A stretch of DNA of 54,380 bases from an uncultured Gammaproteobacteria bacterium. Lineage in GTDB: Bacteria > Pseudomonadota > Gammaproteobacteria > SZUA-140. The stretch's first letter is position 1. Every line of letters starts with the position of its first letter. Both the position numbers and the translations under genes were made by a program. The DNA is taken from contig CAZASZ010000005.1 in NCBI GenBank assembly GCA_964487925.1, positions 1 to 54,380 of the forward strand, given 5' to 3'. This document shows, in pieces, positions 9,763-21,448 of this stretch. The notes under the pieces were generated by a model. The model was not told the origin of the DNA and did no database searches. It worked only from the letters and a program-made list of their open reading frames with translations.

Positions 9763-11359
9763 CGCAACCTGCCAGCTGTTTCGACACCGAGCAGACCTCT
9801 TCGTTGGCGTTTTGCAGCTGTTGAGCCTCCTCCATGGTCTGCTCGGTCGCCTCGCTGATGTTACAGATATTGCGGTTGATTTCCTCGCTGGTGGCGCTCT
9901 GTTCCGTTGCGGCGCTTGCGATACTGTCCACCATATCGGCGATTGAAGCGACAGAGTGTTCTATGGCCTGCAGCTTTTCTCCTACCGAAGTGACTGATTC
10001 CACCGAGGTTTGGGCCTTCTGGTGACCCTGTTCCATGGCCTGCGCCGTCGACGAGGCTGTTGCTTGGAGGCGCTCGATCATGCCACTGATCTCACCCGTG
10101 GATTTCTGGGTACGTTGTGCCAGCGTACGGACCTCGTCCGCTACGACGGCGAAGCCGCGACCCTGTTCGCCCGCCCTGGCGGCCTCGATGGCTGCATTGA
10201 GTGCAAGCAGGTTGGTCTGTTCCGCGATGTCGTTGATGACTTCGATAATGCGGTCAATGGCCATGCTGTTTTCGTGCAGCTCACGAATGACTCGCGTGCT
10301 GTTGGCGACATCGTCGGCGAGGCTGGTGACCGCAGCAATGGTCTGTTGGGCCATGTTGCCACCGTCTTTGGTCTCAAGCCGGGCATCACCGGCGGCTTCC
10401 GCGACGCGCTCGGCGTTGTTGGCAACTTCATGGCTTGTGCTCAGCATTTCGTTCATGGCCGAGGCAATATGGTTGATTTCGTCTCGTTCGTTTTCGATAT
10501 GTCGCGTGGTGCTATGGGCAACGTTCTTCAAAGTGTCTGAGGTCTGCGACACTGCGTGGGTGGCCTCTCCGATCTGACTGACCATGCCGCTGATGTTCGC
10601 CCTCATATGGTCGATATTTACGGCTAGGTCCGCGATTTCATCGTTGCGCTTCAGCGAGATGTTGGCGCCGCCCAGGTTGCCGCCGGAGACGGCATTCACG
10701 GAGTTGGAAATCGTGCCGATGTCCGCAATTAGTTTACGTATCTGCATAACCAATACGCCAAAAATAACTGCCAGGAGCATCGACGTGATCAGGACGAAGA
10801 AGATCGTCTCGTTATTGATGGAGTGCTGCGCAACTAGCGCTTCATTGACGAGAGTTATGCCGTTGCCTACAAAGGGCTCTAGGCGATTCGAGAGGGCTTC
10901 TGCCACGCCGTCGAATTCTGGCATCAAGATATTTCCTTTTGCCGGACCGCCGGCCACATAGGCATGGGCCATTTGTTTTCCGACCGTGTAATAGCTGTCG
11001 AAGGCGGCGGAGATGTCATCCAGGGTCGCCTTCGTTTCCGGGTGAAGCTCACCCAGCTCACGACTGAGCTGCCGAAACTTGGCGGCGTTCTCCTCGGCCA
11101 GGTCAAAGCCGTCATTGAGACCGTTTTGCCCTCGGGTCGCGCTGACATCGGTAAGGAATTGCTGTACTTGTACCACGGCCGTCTTCAGTTCCTTGACCTT
11201 GATCAGGAACGGAAGCTCTGTTTTTTTCACCGCTTCGTTGAGCGCTTCAGATTTGCGGGTCTGAAGAAAAACATTGGTGGTTAAGATGGCCAGCGCGACG
11301 ATCGACAAGACAGTAAGAGCCAGGAACTTTTTATTAAGAGCCAGATTGGCAAAGTGCAT
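9740..11359 (-). CDS. Methyl-accepting chemotaxis protein (periplasmic helical sensor, HAMP, signalling domain)
   Basis: 539 aa. Order of parts: TM1, a helical periplasmic region of about 170 aa, TM2 ([19 protein letters not shown]), HAMP, then the invariant MCP hairpin [38 protein letters not shown]. Confidence 0.93.
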   Translation of the reverse strand: MHFANLALNKKFLALTVLSIVALAILTTNVFLQTRKSEALNEAVKKTELPFLIKVKELKTAVVQVQQFLTDVSATRGQNGLNDGFDLAEENAAKFRQLSRELGELHPETKATLDDISAAFDSYYTVGKQMAHAYVAGGPAKGNILMPEFDGVAEALSNRLEPFVGNGITLVNEALVAQHSINNETIFFVLITSMLLAVIFGVLVMQIRKLIADIGTISNSVNAVSGGNLGGANISLKRNDEIADLAVNIDHMRANISGMVSQIGEATHAVSQTSDTLKNVAHSTTRHIENERDEINHIASAMNEMLSTSHEVANNAERVAEAAGDARLETKDGGNMAQQTIAAVTSLADDVANSTRVIRELHENSMAIDRIIEVINDIAEQTNLLALNAAIEAARAGEQGRGFAVVADEVRTLAQRTQKSTGEISGMIERLQATASSTAQAMEQGHQKAQTSVESVTSVGEKLQAIEHSVASIADMVDSIASAATEQSATSEEINRNICNISEATEQTMEEAQQLQNANEEVCSVSKQLAGCVSRFRTN

Positions 11360-11544
11360 TATGGCGTGCCTCCAGTATTGGCCGGTATTTAGTAGCGTGA
11401 TAGAAAAGCGTTTGCTACATAGCTGGTCTAATCTATCGGCATCAATGTTCTTAGTTTGAGGGCTTCGTCAATGTTTTTGGACAATTCGCCAGCAAAGGTT
11501 GGCGCTATCCTTTCTAGGGATACAGGGCTGTAAGGTTCTTTATA

Positions 11545-12753
11545 TTAAGCGTTGGGAACGTGTCGGGTGGGTTCGGTTTCGATCGCGATAGCGACGGAGG
11601 CCCGCTTGGCTTTTTCCAGTGAGCCCTCGATGGTTTCGGCGCGGGCGAGGACAACGCCCATGCGCCGATATCCGACGACCTCCGGTTTTCCGAACAGCCG
11701 TAGCTGAGTATCGGGCGCTTTGAGGACCTCGTTAAGATTGCCGTAGCTGATCTCACGCGAATCCCCTTCGGCGAGAATGACGCTGGAGGCCGACGGGCCG
11801 AGAAAACGGATCGCCGGGACCGGTAGGCCGAGAATAGCGCGCGCATGTAGGGCGAACTGAGATAGATCCTGTGAGATCATTGTGACCATTCCGGTGTCGT
11901 GTGGACGCGGCGAGACCTCGCTGAAGATGACCTCATCACCTTTGACGAACAGCTCGACGCCGAAGATTCCGCGTCCGCCAAGGGCCTCGGTAACGCGTCC
12001 AGCGATGTCGCGAGCCTGTTCGAGTGCGCCTGGGCTCATCGGTTGCGGCTGCCAGGACTGGCGATAGTCACCGCCGACCTGAACGTGTCCGATGGGCTCA
12101 CAGAAGCTCGTTCCATCTACATGGCGGATTGTCAGCTGAGTGATCTCATAGTCAAAATCAACAAAGGCTTCGACGATGACTTTGCCCGAGCCGCTGCGAC
12201 CTCCCTGCTGAGCGTAGGCCCAGGCCGAATCGACGTCCTCCATGCTCCCTATTGTGCTCTGACCCTTTCCCGATGAGCTCATGATGGGTTTGACGACACA
12301 GGGCACGCCCAGCGCCTCAATGGCCTCATGAAACTCCTCACGGTTGGCGGCAAAACGGTACGGCGACGTGGGAATACCAAGTTCCTCGGCGGCGAGCCTG
12401 CGGATGCCCTCGCGGTTCATGGTGAGTTTGGCGGCACGCGCCGAGGGGATGACGGCATAGCCTTTGACCTCTAATTCCTCGAGAGTCTCCGTGGCGATGG
12501 CCTCGATCTCGGGTACGATGAAATCAGGCTGTTCCTGTTCTATGATATGGCGCAGCGCGGGGCCGTCGAGCATCGACAGTACGTGACTACGATGGGCGAC
12601 TTGCATGGCCGGCGCATTTTCATAGCGATCTAGGACTATGACCTCGACACCCATACGCTGTAGCTCGATCACGACCTCCTTGCCCAGTTCGCCGCCTCCA
12701 CAGAGCAGGACGCGGGTGGCGTTGGCGGACAGCGGGGTTCCGATTTGAGTCAT
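11545..12753 (-). CDS. purT: Formate-dependent phosphoribosylglycinamide formyltransferase (GAR transformylase 2)
   Basis: 402 aa ATP-grasp protein. The N-terminus [23 protein letters not shown] and overall layout match PurT. Confidence 0.9.
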   Translation of the reverse strand: MTQIGTPLSANATRVLLCGGGELGKEVVIELQRMGVEVIVLDRYENAPAMQVAHRSHVLSMLDGPALRHIIEQEQPDFIVPEIEAIATETLEELEVKGYAVIPSARAAKLTMNREGIRRLAAEELGIPTSPYRFAANREEFHEAIEALGVPCVVKPIMSSSGKGQSTIGSMEDVDSAWAYAQQGGRSGSGKVIVEAFVDFDYEITQLTIRHVDGTSFCEPIGHVQVGGDYRQSWQPQPMSPGALEQARDIAGRVTEALGGRGIFGVELFVKGDEVIFSEVSPRPHDTGMVTMISQDLSQFALHARAILGLPVPAIRFLGPSASSVILAEGDSREISYGNLNEVLKAPDTQLRLFGKPEVVGYRRMGVVLARAETIEGSLEKAKRASVAIAIETEPTRHVPNA

Positions 12754-12913
12754 TTCAGCGTGCGCTCGTTTAAGGTTGGCAGGGCTCCGATTATATATCA
12801 GGAGTTGTATTCGTTGTGCCCTTGAGGCAAGGGTGCAGCCTGTCTCGGTAGAACATCGGTCGACTTATCTTGATCAAGGCCCTGTTGTCTGAGATTCTTG
12901 GCGAACGGTATCT

Positions 12914-13315
12914 ATGAATAGTTTCCCTGGGGTAGTCATGGAAAATGTGGCATTTTGGATCAGATCTGGTTCGCTACTCGCGGCGTTAGCAATCGTGACC
13001 GGCGCCTTTGGCGCCCACGGACTCCAGAATCAGTTGAGTCCGGCGATGATGTCGGTTTATGAGAAGGCTGTGCACTATCACGCTTATCACTCACTTGGCC
13101 TCTTCGCCGTAGCCTTTGTCCGTTACTATCGTCCTGAGGCGCGGCGCGCGGTCTGGGCAGGGCGACTGATGCTGGTCGGAATCGTCTTCTTCTCCGGCAG
13201 TCTGTACGTTCTGAGTCTGACCGGATTGTCCTGGCTCGGGGCGGTCACGCCGATTGGTGGCTTGGCTTTTATCGCGGCCTGGCTCATGCTGTTCTTCGCT
13301 GTTTCTGGATCCTGA
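12914..13315 (+). CDS. DUF423 (YgdD-like) small membrane protein
   Basis: 133 aa with four TM segments. GAFGAHGL...Y..YH...L......FSGSLY motifs as in E. coli YgdD. The start could be the internal ATG at 12938. Confidence 0.8.
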   Translation: MNSFPGVVMENVAFWIRSGSLLAALAIVTGAFGAHGLQNQLSPAMMSVYEKAVHYHAYHSLGLFAVAFVRYYRPEARRAVWAGRLMLVGIVFFSGSLYVLSLTGLSWLGAVTPIGGLAFIAAWLMLFFAVSGS

Positions 13316-13439
13316 CCAAGTCCGGAGGTCCGCGATCGGTACCGAACTCGCGGCGCATGCGCTAGAATGCCCGCCGAACCTGGGTCCGGAAACCTGACTT
13401 CCACAGCCTCAAAACCCATACCGCATGAGAGAGTAGTGA

Positions 13440-14729
<1,290 letters not shown>

Positions 14730-14737
14730 GACTTATC

Positions 14738-16123
14738 GTGGAGCGTCTGCCGATTTTTCTAGATCTCCGCGACCAGCTCTGTCTGGTCGTTGGGGGTGGA
14801 GAGGTTGCGGCGCGCAAGTGCTCCATGTTGCGGCGCGCCGGGGCTATCGTGACCATCGTTGCCCCCGCCCTCTGCCCGCGACTCACCGATGCGCTTGGAG
14901 CGCCGGTTTTGAATTATATCGCGCGCGATTTCGAGGCCGATGACATTGAGGGCATGACTCTCGTGGTCGCCGCCACTGATGACGCGGTCGTCAACGAGGC
15001 CGCATCTAAAGCCGCTCGAGCGCAGCGCATCCCGGTCAACGTCGTCGACCGTCCGGAACTCTGCAGTTTCGTTTTCCCCTCGATCATCGATCGCTCGCCC
15101 CTTGTCGTCGCCGTTTCGAGCGGTGGCGCCTCGCCGGTGCTGGCGCGTCTGGTGCGGGCGCGTCTGGAGGGGTTATTGCCGGCCGGGCTCGGGCGGCTTG
15201 CGACCCTGTTGGGTGGCTACAGGGCTCGCATCAAGCAAAGTATTCCCGGCTTTGTAGACCGGCGGCGCTTTTGGGAGGACTTGATTCAGGGACCGTTTTC
15301 GGAACATGTGCTGAGTGGCGATGAGTCGTCCGCGATACGTCTGCTCGAGGGTCGTTTGGCTGGGGACGTGAATCAAACCGGCGCGGTCTATCTGATCGGG
15401 GCCGGGCCGGGAGATCCCGACCTCCTAAGTTTTCGTGCTCTGCGCTTCATGCAATCTGCCGATGTCGTGCTTTATGACCGTCTCGTCTCGGAGCAGGTAT
15501 TGGATCTGGTTAGGCGAGATGCTGAGCGCATCTATGTCGGCAAGCGGCGTGACTACCATCGGATGCGCCAGGAGGAGATAAACGCCACGTTGTTGCGGCA
15601 GGCTCAGTCCGGGAAACGGGTTGTGCGGCTCAAGGGCGGCGATCCCTTCGTGTTTGGGCGTGGCGGTGAGGAGATCGCAGGCCTGGCCGCGGCCGGGATC
15701 CACTTCGAGGTCGTCCCAGGCGTCACGGCCGCCAATGGCTGCGCCGCCTATGCTGGGATTCCGCTGACTCACCGTGATTATGCCCAGTCCGTAGTGCTAG
15801 TGACCGGGAATCTGCGTGACGGCAGGGTCAATCTGGATTGGGAGGGCTTGGTCCGTCCCCAGCAGACAGTCGTGATCTACATGGGTTTGACCGGGCTTGA
15901 GCAGATCTGCGAGGGCTTACAGGGCGCAGGAATGGGCCCTGATACTCCAGTCGCGCTGATCGAACACGGCACCTTGCCCGAGCAACGGGTCATTGTTTCC
16001 ACGCTCAAGGCCTTGCCTGATCGAGTGGCGGGGGAGACGGTTCAGGCGCCCACGCTCATGATCGTCGGCAACGTCGTTCGCTTGCATGAGCAGTTTGCTT
16101 GGTCGGCTACGCCGAGCGATTGA
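14738..16123 (+). CDS. cysG: Siroheme synthase (precorrin-2 dehydrogenase/ferrochelatase + uroporphyrinogen-III C-methyltransferase)
   Basis: 461 aa. The N-terminus LPIFLDLRDQLCLVVGGGEVAARK matches E. coli CysG. The C-terminal SUMT domain has VYLIGAGPGDPDLLS and RLKGGDPFVFGRGGEE. Confidence 0.94.
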   Translation: MERLPIFLDLRDQLCLVVGGGEVAARKCSMLRRAGAIVTIVAPALCPRLTDALGAPVLNYIARDFEADDIEGMTLVVAATDDAVVNEAASKAARAQRIPVNVVDRPELCSFVFPSIIDRSPLVVAVSSGGASPVLARLVRARLEGLLPAGLGRLATLLGGYRARIKQSIPGFVDRRRFWEDLIQGPFSEHVLSGDESSAIRLLEGRLAGDVNQTGAVYLIGAGPGDPDLLSFRALRFMQSADVVLYDRLVSEQVLDLVRRDAERIYVGKRRDYHRMRQEEINATLLRQAQSGKRVVRLKGGDPFVFGRGGEEIAGLAAAGIHFEVVPGVTAANGCAAYAGIPLTHRDYAQSVVLVTGNLRDGRVNLDWEGLVRPQQTVVIYMGLTGLEQICEGLQGAGMGPDTPVALIEHGTLPEQRVIVSTLKALPDRVAGETVQAPTLMIVGNVVRLHEQFAWSATPSD

Positions 16124-17135
16124 CCCACATGGCGTTAGCCTGAGCGAGGGCGTCCTCGGGGTCGCTCGCCCGTTCGAGCAGCCTCAGCGCGATTGCGACC
16201 GTGCCGATGACGGCGGTCTCGCCGTACTCGTCCTCGATTTCACCGTTCCAGAGCGCGGCCAGGCGGGGTACTTCCAGCAATTCAGGAGCAATATGGCGTC
16301 GTTTGAACAGGGCCGGCCAGGTTTCCACGATAGCTTCTCGGCCACGGACGCCGAGAACCTCGCATTCGCCGTCCGGGTTGCGTTCGGCCTCTCCACCCTC
16401 CCCTTTGAATACTGCCATATGGGGCTGACCGAGCAGAATCGCAGCTTGCTGGTGGACGCCTCTATAGTTGGGATGAAAAATCCCTTGCATTAGGTACGGC
16501 GCCGATAAGGGATTTAGCATGCGCAACAAGGTGTTGATCGGTGACCGCAGGCCGAACAGTTGGCGCAGGTCGACGATGTGTTTGAGGGCCGGGCTAATGC
16601 GGTCCAGATCAATATATGCGAACCCGCCGTTCGTAACGGCTTGTCCTACAGCGTCTAGGTCCTTGCAAACCGGCAGGCCGAGCGACCGGACGGCCTCCTC
16701 GCTGTAGACGCGGTTATCCTTGTTGCCGGGCGTACCATGCATGAGGATTCGAACACCCGCTCGCTCGGCGAGCAAGCGAGCGGAGAGCACGAACCAGGGT
16801 AGGTGACGACGCTTTCCGGCGTAGCTCGACCAATCCAGATCGACAGAGGGAAGAGCCACGGGGCGGCCGGATGCCGGGTTGAGATGAGCACGGGCGGCCC
16901 GGATAAAGCCGGCGAGCTCCTCGGCGCTCTCTTCTTTGACCCGGACTAACATCAGGAAGGCGCCGAGTTGTTCGGGGGTTGCCTGGTCCTCAAGGATCAT
17001 GGTCATCGCGGTCTCGGCCTCTTCAAATGTCAGCGATCGGCTGCCTTTCTTGCCTTTGCCAAGCGTACGAATGAATGGCGCGAACGGGTGTTCCTGCATA
17101 ACATCTCCCCTAATTGTAGGCGTGAATTTGAGCAT
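16107..17135 (-). CDS. Glycosyl transferase family 3 / TrpD2 (YbiB-like) protein
   Basis: 342 aa. The N-terminal helical bundle (IRTLGKGKKGSRSLTFEEAETAMTMIL..ATPEQLGAFLMLVRVKEES) and PRT-like fold resemble YbiB/anthranilate-PRT paralogues. The start may be Met13 (17099). The 3' end overlaps the cysG 3' end by 17 nt. Confidence 0.7.
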   Translation of the reverse strand: MLKFTPTIRGDVMQEHPFAPFIRTLGKGKKGSRSLTFEEAETAMTMILEDQATPEQLGAFLMLVRVKEESAEELAGFIRAARAHLNPASGRPVALPSVDLDWSSYAGKRRHLPWFVLSARLLAERAGVRILMHGTPGNKDNRVYSEEAVRSLGLPVCKDLDAVGQAVTNGGFAYIDLDRISPALKHIVDLRQLFGLRSPINTLLRMLNPLSAPYLMQGIFHPNYRGVHQQAAILLGQPHMAVFKGEGGEAERNPDGECEVLGVRGREAIVETWPALFKRRHIAPELLEVPRLAALWNGEIEDEYGETAVIGTVAIALRLLERASDPEDALAQANAMWVNRSA

Positions 17136-17294
17136 ATTTTGCGCTGGAACGCCGGGTTGGACAACCGCGTGAGGCTGCGGCTGAAACGGTATTGTGCATA
17201 TGAGTAGAATTTCCTCATAATGTGATCCACAAAAAGCGATTGTGCCGCCTTGAGCGCAATCAGAGAACGCTTGATTGATGCAAGGGGAGGCGCG

Positions 17295-18089
17295 ATGAAT
17301 TGGTGGGGCAAGCTCCTAGGCGGAGCATTTGGATACATGTTGGGTGGTCCGTTAGGGGCGCTGATTGGCGCCGCCTTGGGGCACCGCGTTGACAAGGGTG
17401 TCGCCGGCATGGGCATCACGATGAACCCCGCCGAACGTGAGCGTATCCAGACGGCATTCTTTACGGCTACCTTCTCCGTGCTCGGACATCTGGCAAAGGC
17501 GGATGGTCAGGTCACGCGTGAGGAGATACGCTTGGCCGAGGCGGTTATGGTCCAGATGCAGCTCAATGAGGAGCAAATGGCCGTCGCCAGGCGTCTATTC
17601 AGCGAGGGCAAGCAAGCTGACTTCGATCTTGATGAGGTCCTCGATCAGTTTGTCAGCGTGTGCCATCGCCGCCATACTTTGTTGCGCATTTTTCTCGAGG
17701 TGCTTGTACAGGCCGCCATGGCCGACGGTCACCTCAGCGAGGCCGAGGAGGCCGTGCTTCAGCACGTCTGTTCCCGAATCGGATTTACCGCGGAGGAGCT
17801 TGCCCATCTCGAGTCCATGGTGGCGGCCTCGGCACGTTGGGCCGGTGCGGGTGGCAGCGGTGGCCCGACAAGTCCCCGGGATATTGCCAGCGCCTATGCC
17901 TTGCTTGATATCCCCGAAACCGCCACCGATGCCGAAGTTAAGCGCGCCTACCGCCGACTTATGAGTCAGCATCACCCGGACAAATTGGTCGCCAAGGGCC
18001 TGCCCGAGGAGATGATGAAAATCGCGACGCAGAAGACCCACGAGATCCGTCAGGCCTACGAGCAAATCAAGCAGGTGCGCGGCTTCTAG
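17295..18089 (+). CDS. djlA: Co-chaperone DjlA (TM anchor, TerB-like domain, C-terminal J domain)
   Basis: The N-terminus MNWWGKLLGGAFGYMLGGPLGALIGAALGH parallels E. coli DjlA. The C-terminal J domain has AYALLDIPETATDAEVKRAYRRLMSQHHPDKL. ATG 17295 is preceded by AGGGGAGG; the track start 17250 is probably too long. Confidence 0.9.
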   Translation: MNWWGKLLGGAFGYMLGGPLGALIGAALGHRVDKGVAGMGITMNPAERERIQTAFFTATFSVLGHLAKADGQVTREEIRLAEAVMVQMQLNEEQMAVARRLFSEGKQADFDLDEVLDQFVSVCHRRHTLLRIFLEVLVQAAMADGHLSEAEEAVLQHVCSRIGFTAEELAHLESMVAASARWAGAGGSGGPTSPRDIASAYALLDIPETATDAEVKRAYRRLMSQHHPDKLVAKGLPEEMMKIATQKTHEIRQAYEQIKQVRGF

Positions 18090-18181
18090 CTACCGACCGA
18101 CTACGTGCTCTCGGGCCGCGACTAGTCAGCAAAGAGGTGCCGACAGACTCCGCCCCCAAAGCCTCTGGTTTTGTGGTATCA

Positions 18182-18211
18182 TTGACGGTTATTTGGGAAG
18201 GGTGCTATAGA
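18182..18211 (+). promoter_or_regulatory. Candidate sigma70 promoter for sspAB
   Basis: TTGACG (18182-18187), 18-nt spacer, TATAGA (18206-18211), about 50 nt upstream of the sspA ATG. Pattern match only. Confidence 0.3.
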
Positions 18212-18263
18212 GTCGCCCAATCCCGGCAAACACTTTCACGACTATCCAGCAGAGGAAGACATT

Positions 18264-18893
18264 ATGGCAACAGCCGGAACCAGACGACCAGTGATGACCC
18301 TATATTCACGGCCGGAGTGTCCGGATTGTCACCGAGTCCGTATTGTGCTCGCGGAAAAGAGTATTACGGCGGATATTATCGATGTCGATACCGAAAATCC
18401 CCCCGAAGACCTGATGGATCTCAATGCCTATAGCATGACACCGACGCTGATCGATCGTGATCTCGTGATCTACAATGCCCAGGTGATCATGGAGTATCTG
18501 GACGAGCGTTTTCCGCATCCGCCGCTGATGCCGGTTGATCCCGTTTCGCGGGCGCGTGCTCGACTCATGCTCCATCGAATCGAGACTGACTGGTACGCGA
18601 TCCTGCCCGAGATCACGAATGGCGATGCCAAGAAGGCTGACAAGGCTAGAAAGATCATCCTTGACGACCTGCTTGTATTGTCGCCGATGCTCAGCAAGAA
18701 GTCCTATTTTATGAGTGACGAATTCGCTATGCTCGAGTGCAGTATTGCGCCGATTCTGTGGCGCCTGCCGCAGCTCGGCATTGATCTGCCGGCTGCCGCC
18801 AAACCGATTCAGGAATACGCGGAGCGCCTATTCTCTCGCGAATCCTTCAGGGCCAGCCTTACGGTTCAAGAAGAGGAATTCACAAGCTGGTGA
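18264..18893 (+). CDS. sspA: Stringent starvation protein A (GST-fold RNAP-associated regulator)
   Basis: 209 aa. VMTLYS...VRIVLAEK...NPPEDLMDLN...TPTLIDRDL.....VIMEYLDERFPHPPLMP aligns almost residue for residue with E. coli SspA. Confidence 0.96.
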   Translation: MATAGTRRPVMTLYSRPECPDCHRVRIVLAEKSITADIIDVDTENPPEDLMDLNAYSMTPTLIDRDLVIYNAQVIMEYLDERFPHPPLMPVDPVSRARARLMLHRIETDWYAILPEITNGDAKKADKARKIILDDLLVLSPMLSKKSYFMSDEFAMLECSIAPILWRLPQLGIDLPAAAKPIQEYAERLFSRESFRASLTVQEEEFTSW

Positions 18894-18986
18894 GTGTGGG
18901 TTGACAACACGGTATCCGGATCCGCGCCCGCTGAGTTGGATACCTGACTGGGTCGCCGGGCCAATAGTAAAAGGGGGGGGTAAGCC

Positions 18987-19385
18987 GTGAACGAGATGTC
19001 TTCAAGCAGACCATATCTGGTACGCGCGGTGCGCGAATGGATTTTGGACAATCGACTGACGCCTTATATCCTTGTCCAGGTTGGCCATCCGGGTACCCGT
19101 ATTCCCGAATCCCACTCGGATGGCGACAAGATCGTATTGAATATCAGCGAATCGGCGGTCACGGAATTCCTACTCGACAATGACTACCTGAGCTTTCTGG
19201 CCCGTTTCGGTGGCAAGAGCACTGATGTGTACGTGCCCGTCGATGCCATTCTTGCCATTTATGCCCGTGAAAACGGGGAGGGTATGGTGTTTGACCGGGT
19301 CGAGACCAATATGTCCCAACCTACAAGGACCGGCGCCCAGAGCGCCGGTGGCGGAAAACCCCACCTCGAACTTATCAAATCCTAG
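18987..19385 (+). CDS. sspB: ClpXP adaptor / stringent starvation protein B
   Basis: 132 aa, GTG start. SSRPYLVRAVREWILDNRLTPYILV and the C-terminal ClpX-binding tail (...KPHLELIKS). Directly follows sspA. Confidence 0.93.
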   Translation: MNEMSSSRPYLVRAVREWILDNRLTPYILVQVGHPGTRIPESHSDGDKIVLNISESAVTEFLLDNDYLSFLARFGGKSTDVYVPVDAILAIYARENGEGMVFDRVETNMSQPTRTGAQSAGGGKPHLELIKS

Positions 19386-19390
19386 TGAAC

Positions 19391-19424
19391 CTCTGACAAT
19401 CCGTTGTGCCACGAATTGTCAGAG
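19391..19424. terminator. Hairpin between convergent sspB and the FAD-oxidase gene (possible bidirectional terminator)
   Basis: A perfect 10-bp stem, CTCTGACAAT (19391-19400) with ATTGTCAGAG (19415-19424), and a 14-nt loop. No clear U-tract on either side. Confidence 0.4.
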
Positions 19425-19429
19425 CGCTC

Positions 19430-20848
19430 CTAGCGCTTTGGCGCTTGTATCTCCGCCGAACTCGCTGCTGGGAACATCTTCCCCGGATTCAGGATGTTGT
19501 GCGGGTCGAAGCGGGCCTTGATATCATGCATGATGGCGAGCGCTTCCCGGTCCAGTTCGCGGGCCACGAATTCTTTTTTAACGAGACCGATGCCGTGCTC
19601 GCCTGACAGCGTTCCGCGGAGCATCAGGACGGCATCGAAGATTCTGTCCAGACAGTCATGGGCGCGTTTCATTTCGGCATCGTCATTGGGGTTGACGAGT
19701 AGATTGACGTGAATATTGCCGTTTCCGGCATGACCGAAATTTACGATCCGAATGCCGTAACGTTTGCTGAACTCCTCAAGCTTCGTGATGAGTACCGGGA
19801 TCTGCGACACCGGTACGACGACGTCTTCGTTGATCTTGCCTGGTGCGACTGTACGCAAGGCTGGTGATAAGGCCTTGCGCATGGCCCAGAGTTGGGCAGC
19901 TTCATCGCGATCCGTAGCGGTTCGCAGACGAACGACGCCCTCGACGGAGGCCGTCGCCGAGATGGCCTGACAGGCCTCGGCCATGAGCGAGGCTGGGCCG
20001 TCGACCTCAATGATCAATAGGGCCCCTGTGTTGTTGGGGATATTGATTTCAGTATGATGGCGCACCATATCGATCGCGGATTTGTCCATGAACTCGAGGG
20101 CGCATGGCGTGATCGGCTGGGCCATGATTCGCGATACGGCATTGGCCGCGGACTGGATATCCCGAAATAATGCCTCGATTGTCGCTACGGCCTCGGCCTT
20201 GGGCGTCAACCGCAAGGTGGCCTCGGTGATTGTGGCCAGGGTACCCTCTGAACCGATCAACAGCCGGGTTAGATCGTACCCAACCACACCCTTGGTCGTA
20301 TAGACCCCCGTGCGTATGGATTCGCCGCTACCGGTTACTGCGCGTAGACCGAGCGTATTTTCCCTGGGTGTGCCGTATTTGACAGCATGGGGACCCGCCG
20401 AGTTGTAGGCCAGGTTGCCACCGATTGTGCAAAAGGCAGCGCTCGTGGGATCAGGTGGCCAGAAGAAGCCAGCGCGGCAGGCAGCTTCCTGGACCTCTTG
20501 GTTTGTAGCCCCGGGTTCGCATACCAGGTAGCGGTTGCCTGCGTCTACTTCGACGACCCTGTTCATGCGCTCTAGACTCAGAACAATGCCGCCGGCCGTA
20601 GGGACCGTCGCGCCCGTGGTGCCGGTACCCCTGCCCCTTGCGATCAGCGGGATGTAGGCGTCGTGGCAGAGCCTGGTAATTGCCGCGACCTGGTCATGGT
20701 CGCGCGCGAAGACCACCGCCTCAGGCAGTGCCTGCAGCTTGCTGTTGTCATATCCGTAGGGCCAGCAATCTGCGGGATCGTGCAATACCTGTTCTGTTCC
20801 GACGATATCGCCGAGGCGGTCGAGGTCGGCCTGACGCACATGGTGCAT
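19430..20848 (-). CDS. FAD-linked oxidase (GlcD / D-2-hydroxyacid dehydrogenase family)
   Basis: 472 aa. FAD-binding PCMH domain (IPLIARGRGTGTTGATVP) and C-terminal FAD-oxidase domain ending GTLSGEHGIGLVKKEF...DPHNILNPGKM. No glcE or glcF nearby, so the substrate is not assignable. Confidence 0.85.
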   Translation of the reverse strand: MHHVRQADLDRLGDIVGTEQVLHDPADCWPYGYDNSKLQALPEAVVFARDHDQVAAITRLCHDAYIPLIARGRGTGTTGATVPTAGGIVLSLERMNRVVEVDAGNRYLVCEPGATNQEVQEAACRAGFFWPPDPTSAAFCTIGGNLAYNSAGPHAVKYGTPRENTLGLRAVTGSGESIRTGVYTTKGVVGYDLTRLLIGSEGTLATITEATLRLTPKAEAVATIEALFRDIQSAANAVSRIMAQPITPCALEFMDKSAIDMVRHHTEINIPNNTGALLIIEVDGPASLMAEACQAISATASVEGVVRLRTATDRDEAAQLWAMRKALSPALRTVAPGKINEDVVVPVSQIPVLITKLEEFSKRYGIRIVNFGHAGNGNIHVNLLVNPNDDAEMKRAHDCLDRIFDAVLMLRGTLSGEHGIGLVKKEFVARELDREALAIMHDIKARFDPHNILNPGKMFPAASSAEIQAPKR

Positions 20849-20854
20849 GTAGGA

Positions 20855-21439
20855 CTAGTCCGTATATTCGAAGACATCAACGACGCGTTTAACGCCATCG
20901 ACCTGTTGCACGGTATCGTGAATGTTCTTGGCCATGGCATGAGAGACGACACCCATAAGGTAGACGACTTTTCCCTCGGTCGTGATCTTGGCGTTGGCTG
21001 CGGAAAATCCCTTGCTCGACAGCAGGGCCAGCTTGACCTTGGTCGTCAGGCCCGCGTCTTTGAATCGCGATTCGACGGAGCTCACTGGCCCAATCGTAAC
21101 GGCATTGTGCACCTGTCGGACTTTGTCTACGTGACGTACGACATCGATAGTGGTATCTCGGGCCTGCGGGGTCGTGGCTTGACCGGTCAGTAGCACAACG
21201 TGATTGAAGCTAGTGGCGGCGATGTTTGTGGTTGTGTCGAGCCCGGGTGTCTGGCCGATCCGGTGGGCGGCAGTGAGTTCGATGCGCTCGTCATCAAACA
21301 TGACCTCGGCGCTACGTGGGTCTACTCCAACTGAGGCACCGCCAACTGCGGCCCCCGCAACCACCGCCCCGCCCACACAGCCTCCCAGAAGCGAAATCAT
21401 GATCAAGACGATGGCGGTCTTCAATAGGGTGATGTACAT
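20855..21439 (-). CDS. dolP: Dual-BON-domain outer-membrane lipoprotein (DolP/YraP-like)
   Basis: 194 aa. Lipobox LLGGC and two BON repeats (...VVLLTGQATT..., ...VVYLMGVVS...). The position downstream of lpoA-yraN matches the E. coli yraM-yraN-diaA-yraP cluster. Confidence 0.85.
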   Translation of the reverse strand: MYITLLKTAIVLIMISLLGGCVGGAVVAGAAVGGASVGVDPRSAEVMFDDERIELTAAHRIGQTPGLDTTTNIAATSFNHVVLLTGQATTPQARDTTIDVVRHVDKVRQVHNAVTIGPVSSVESRFKDAGLTTKVKLALLSSKGFSAANAKITTEGKVVYLMGVVSHAMAKNIHDTVQQVDGVKRVVDVFEYTD

Positions 21440-21448
21440 AGATCTTCC

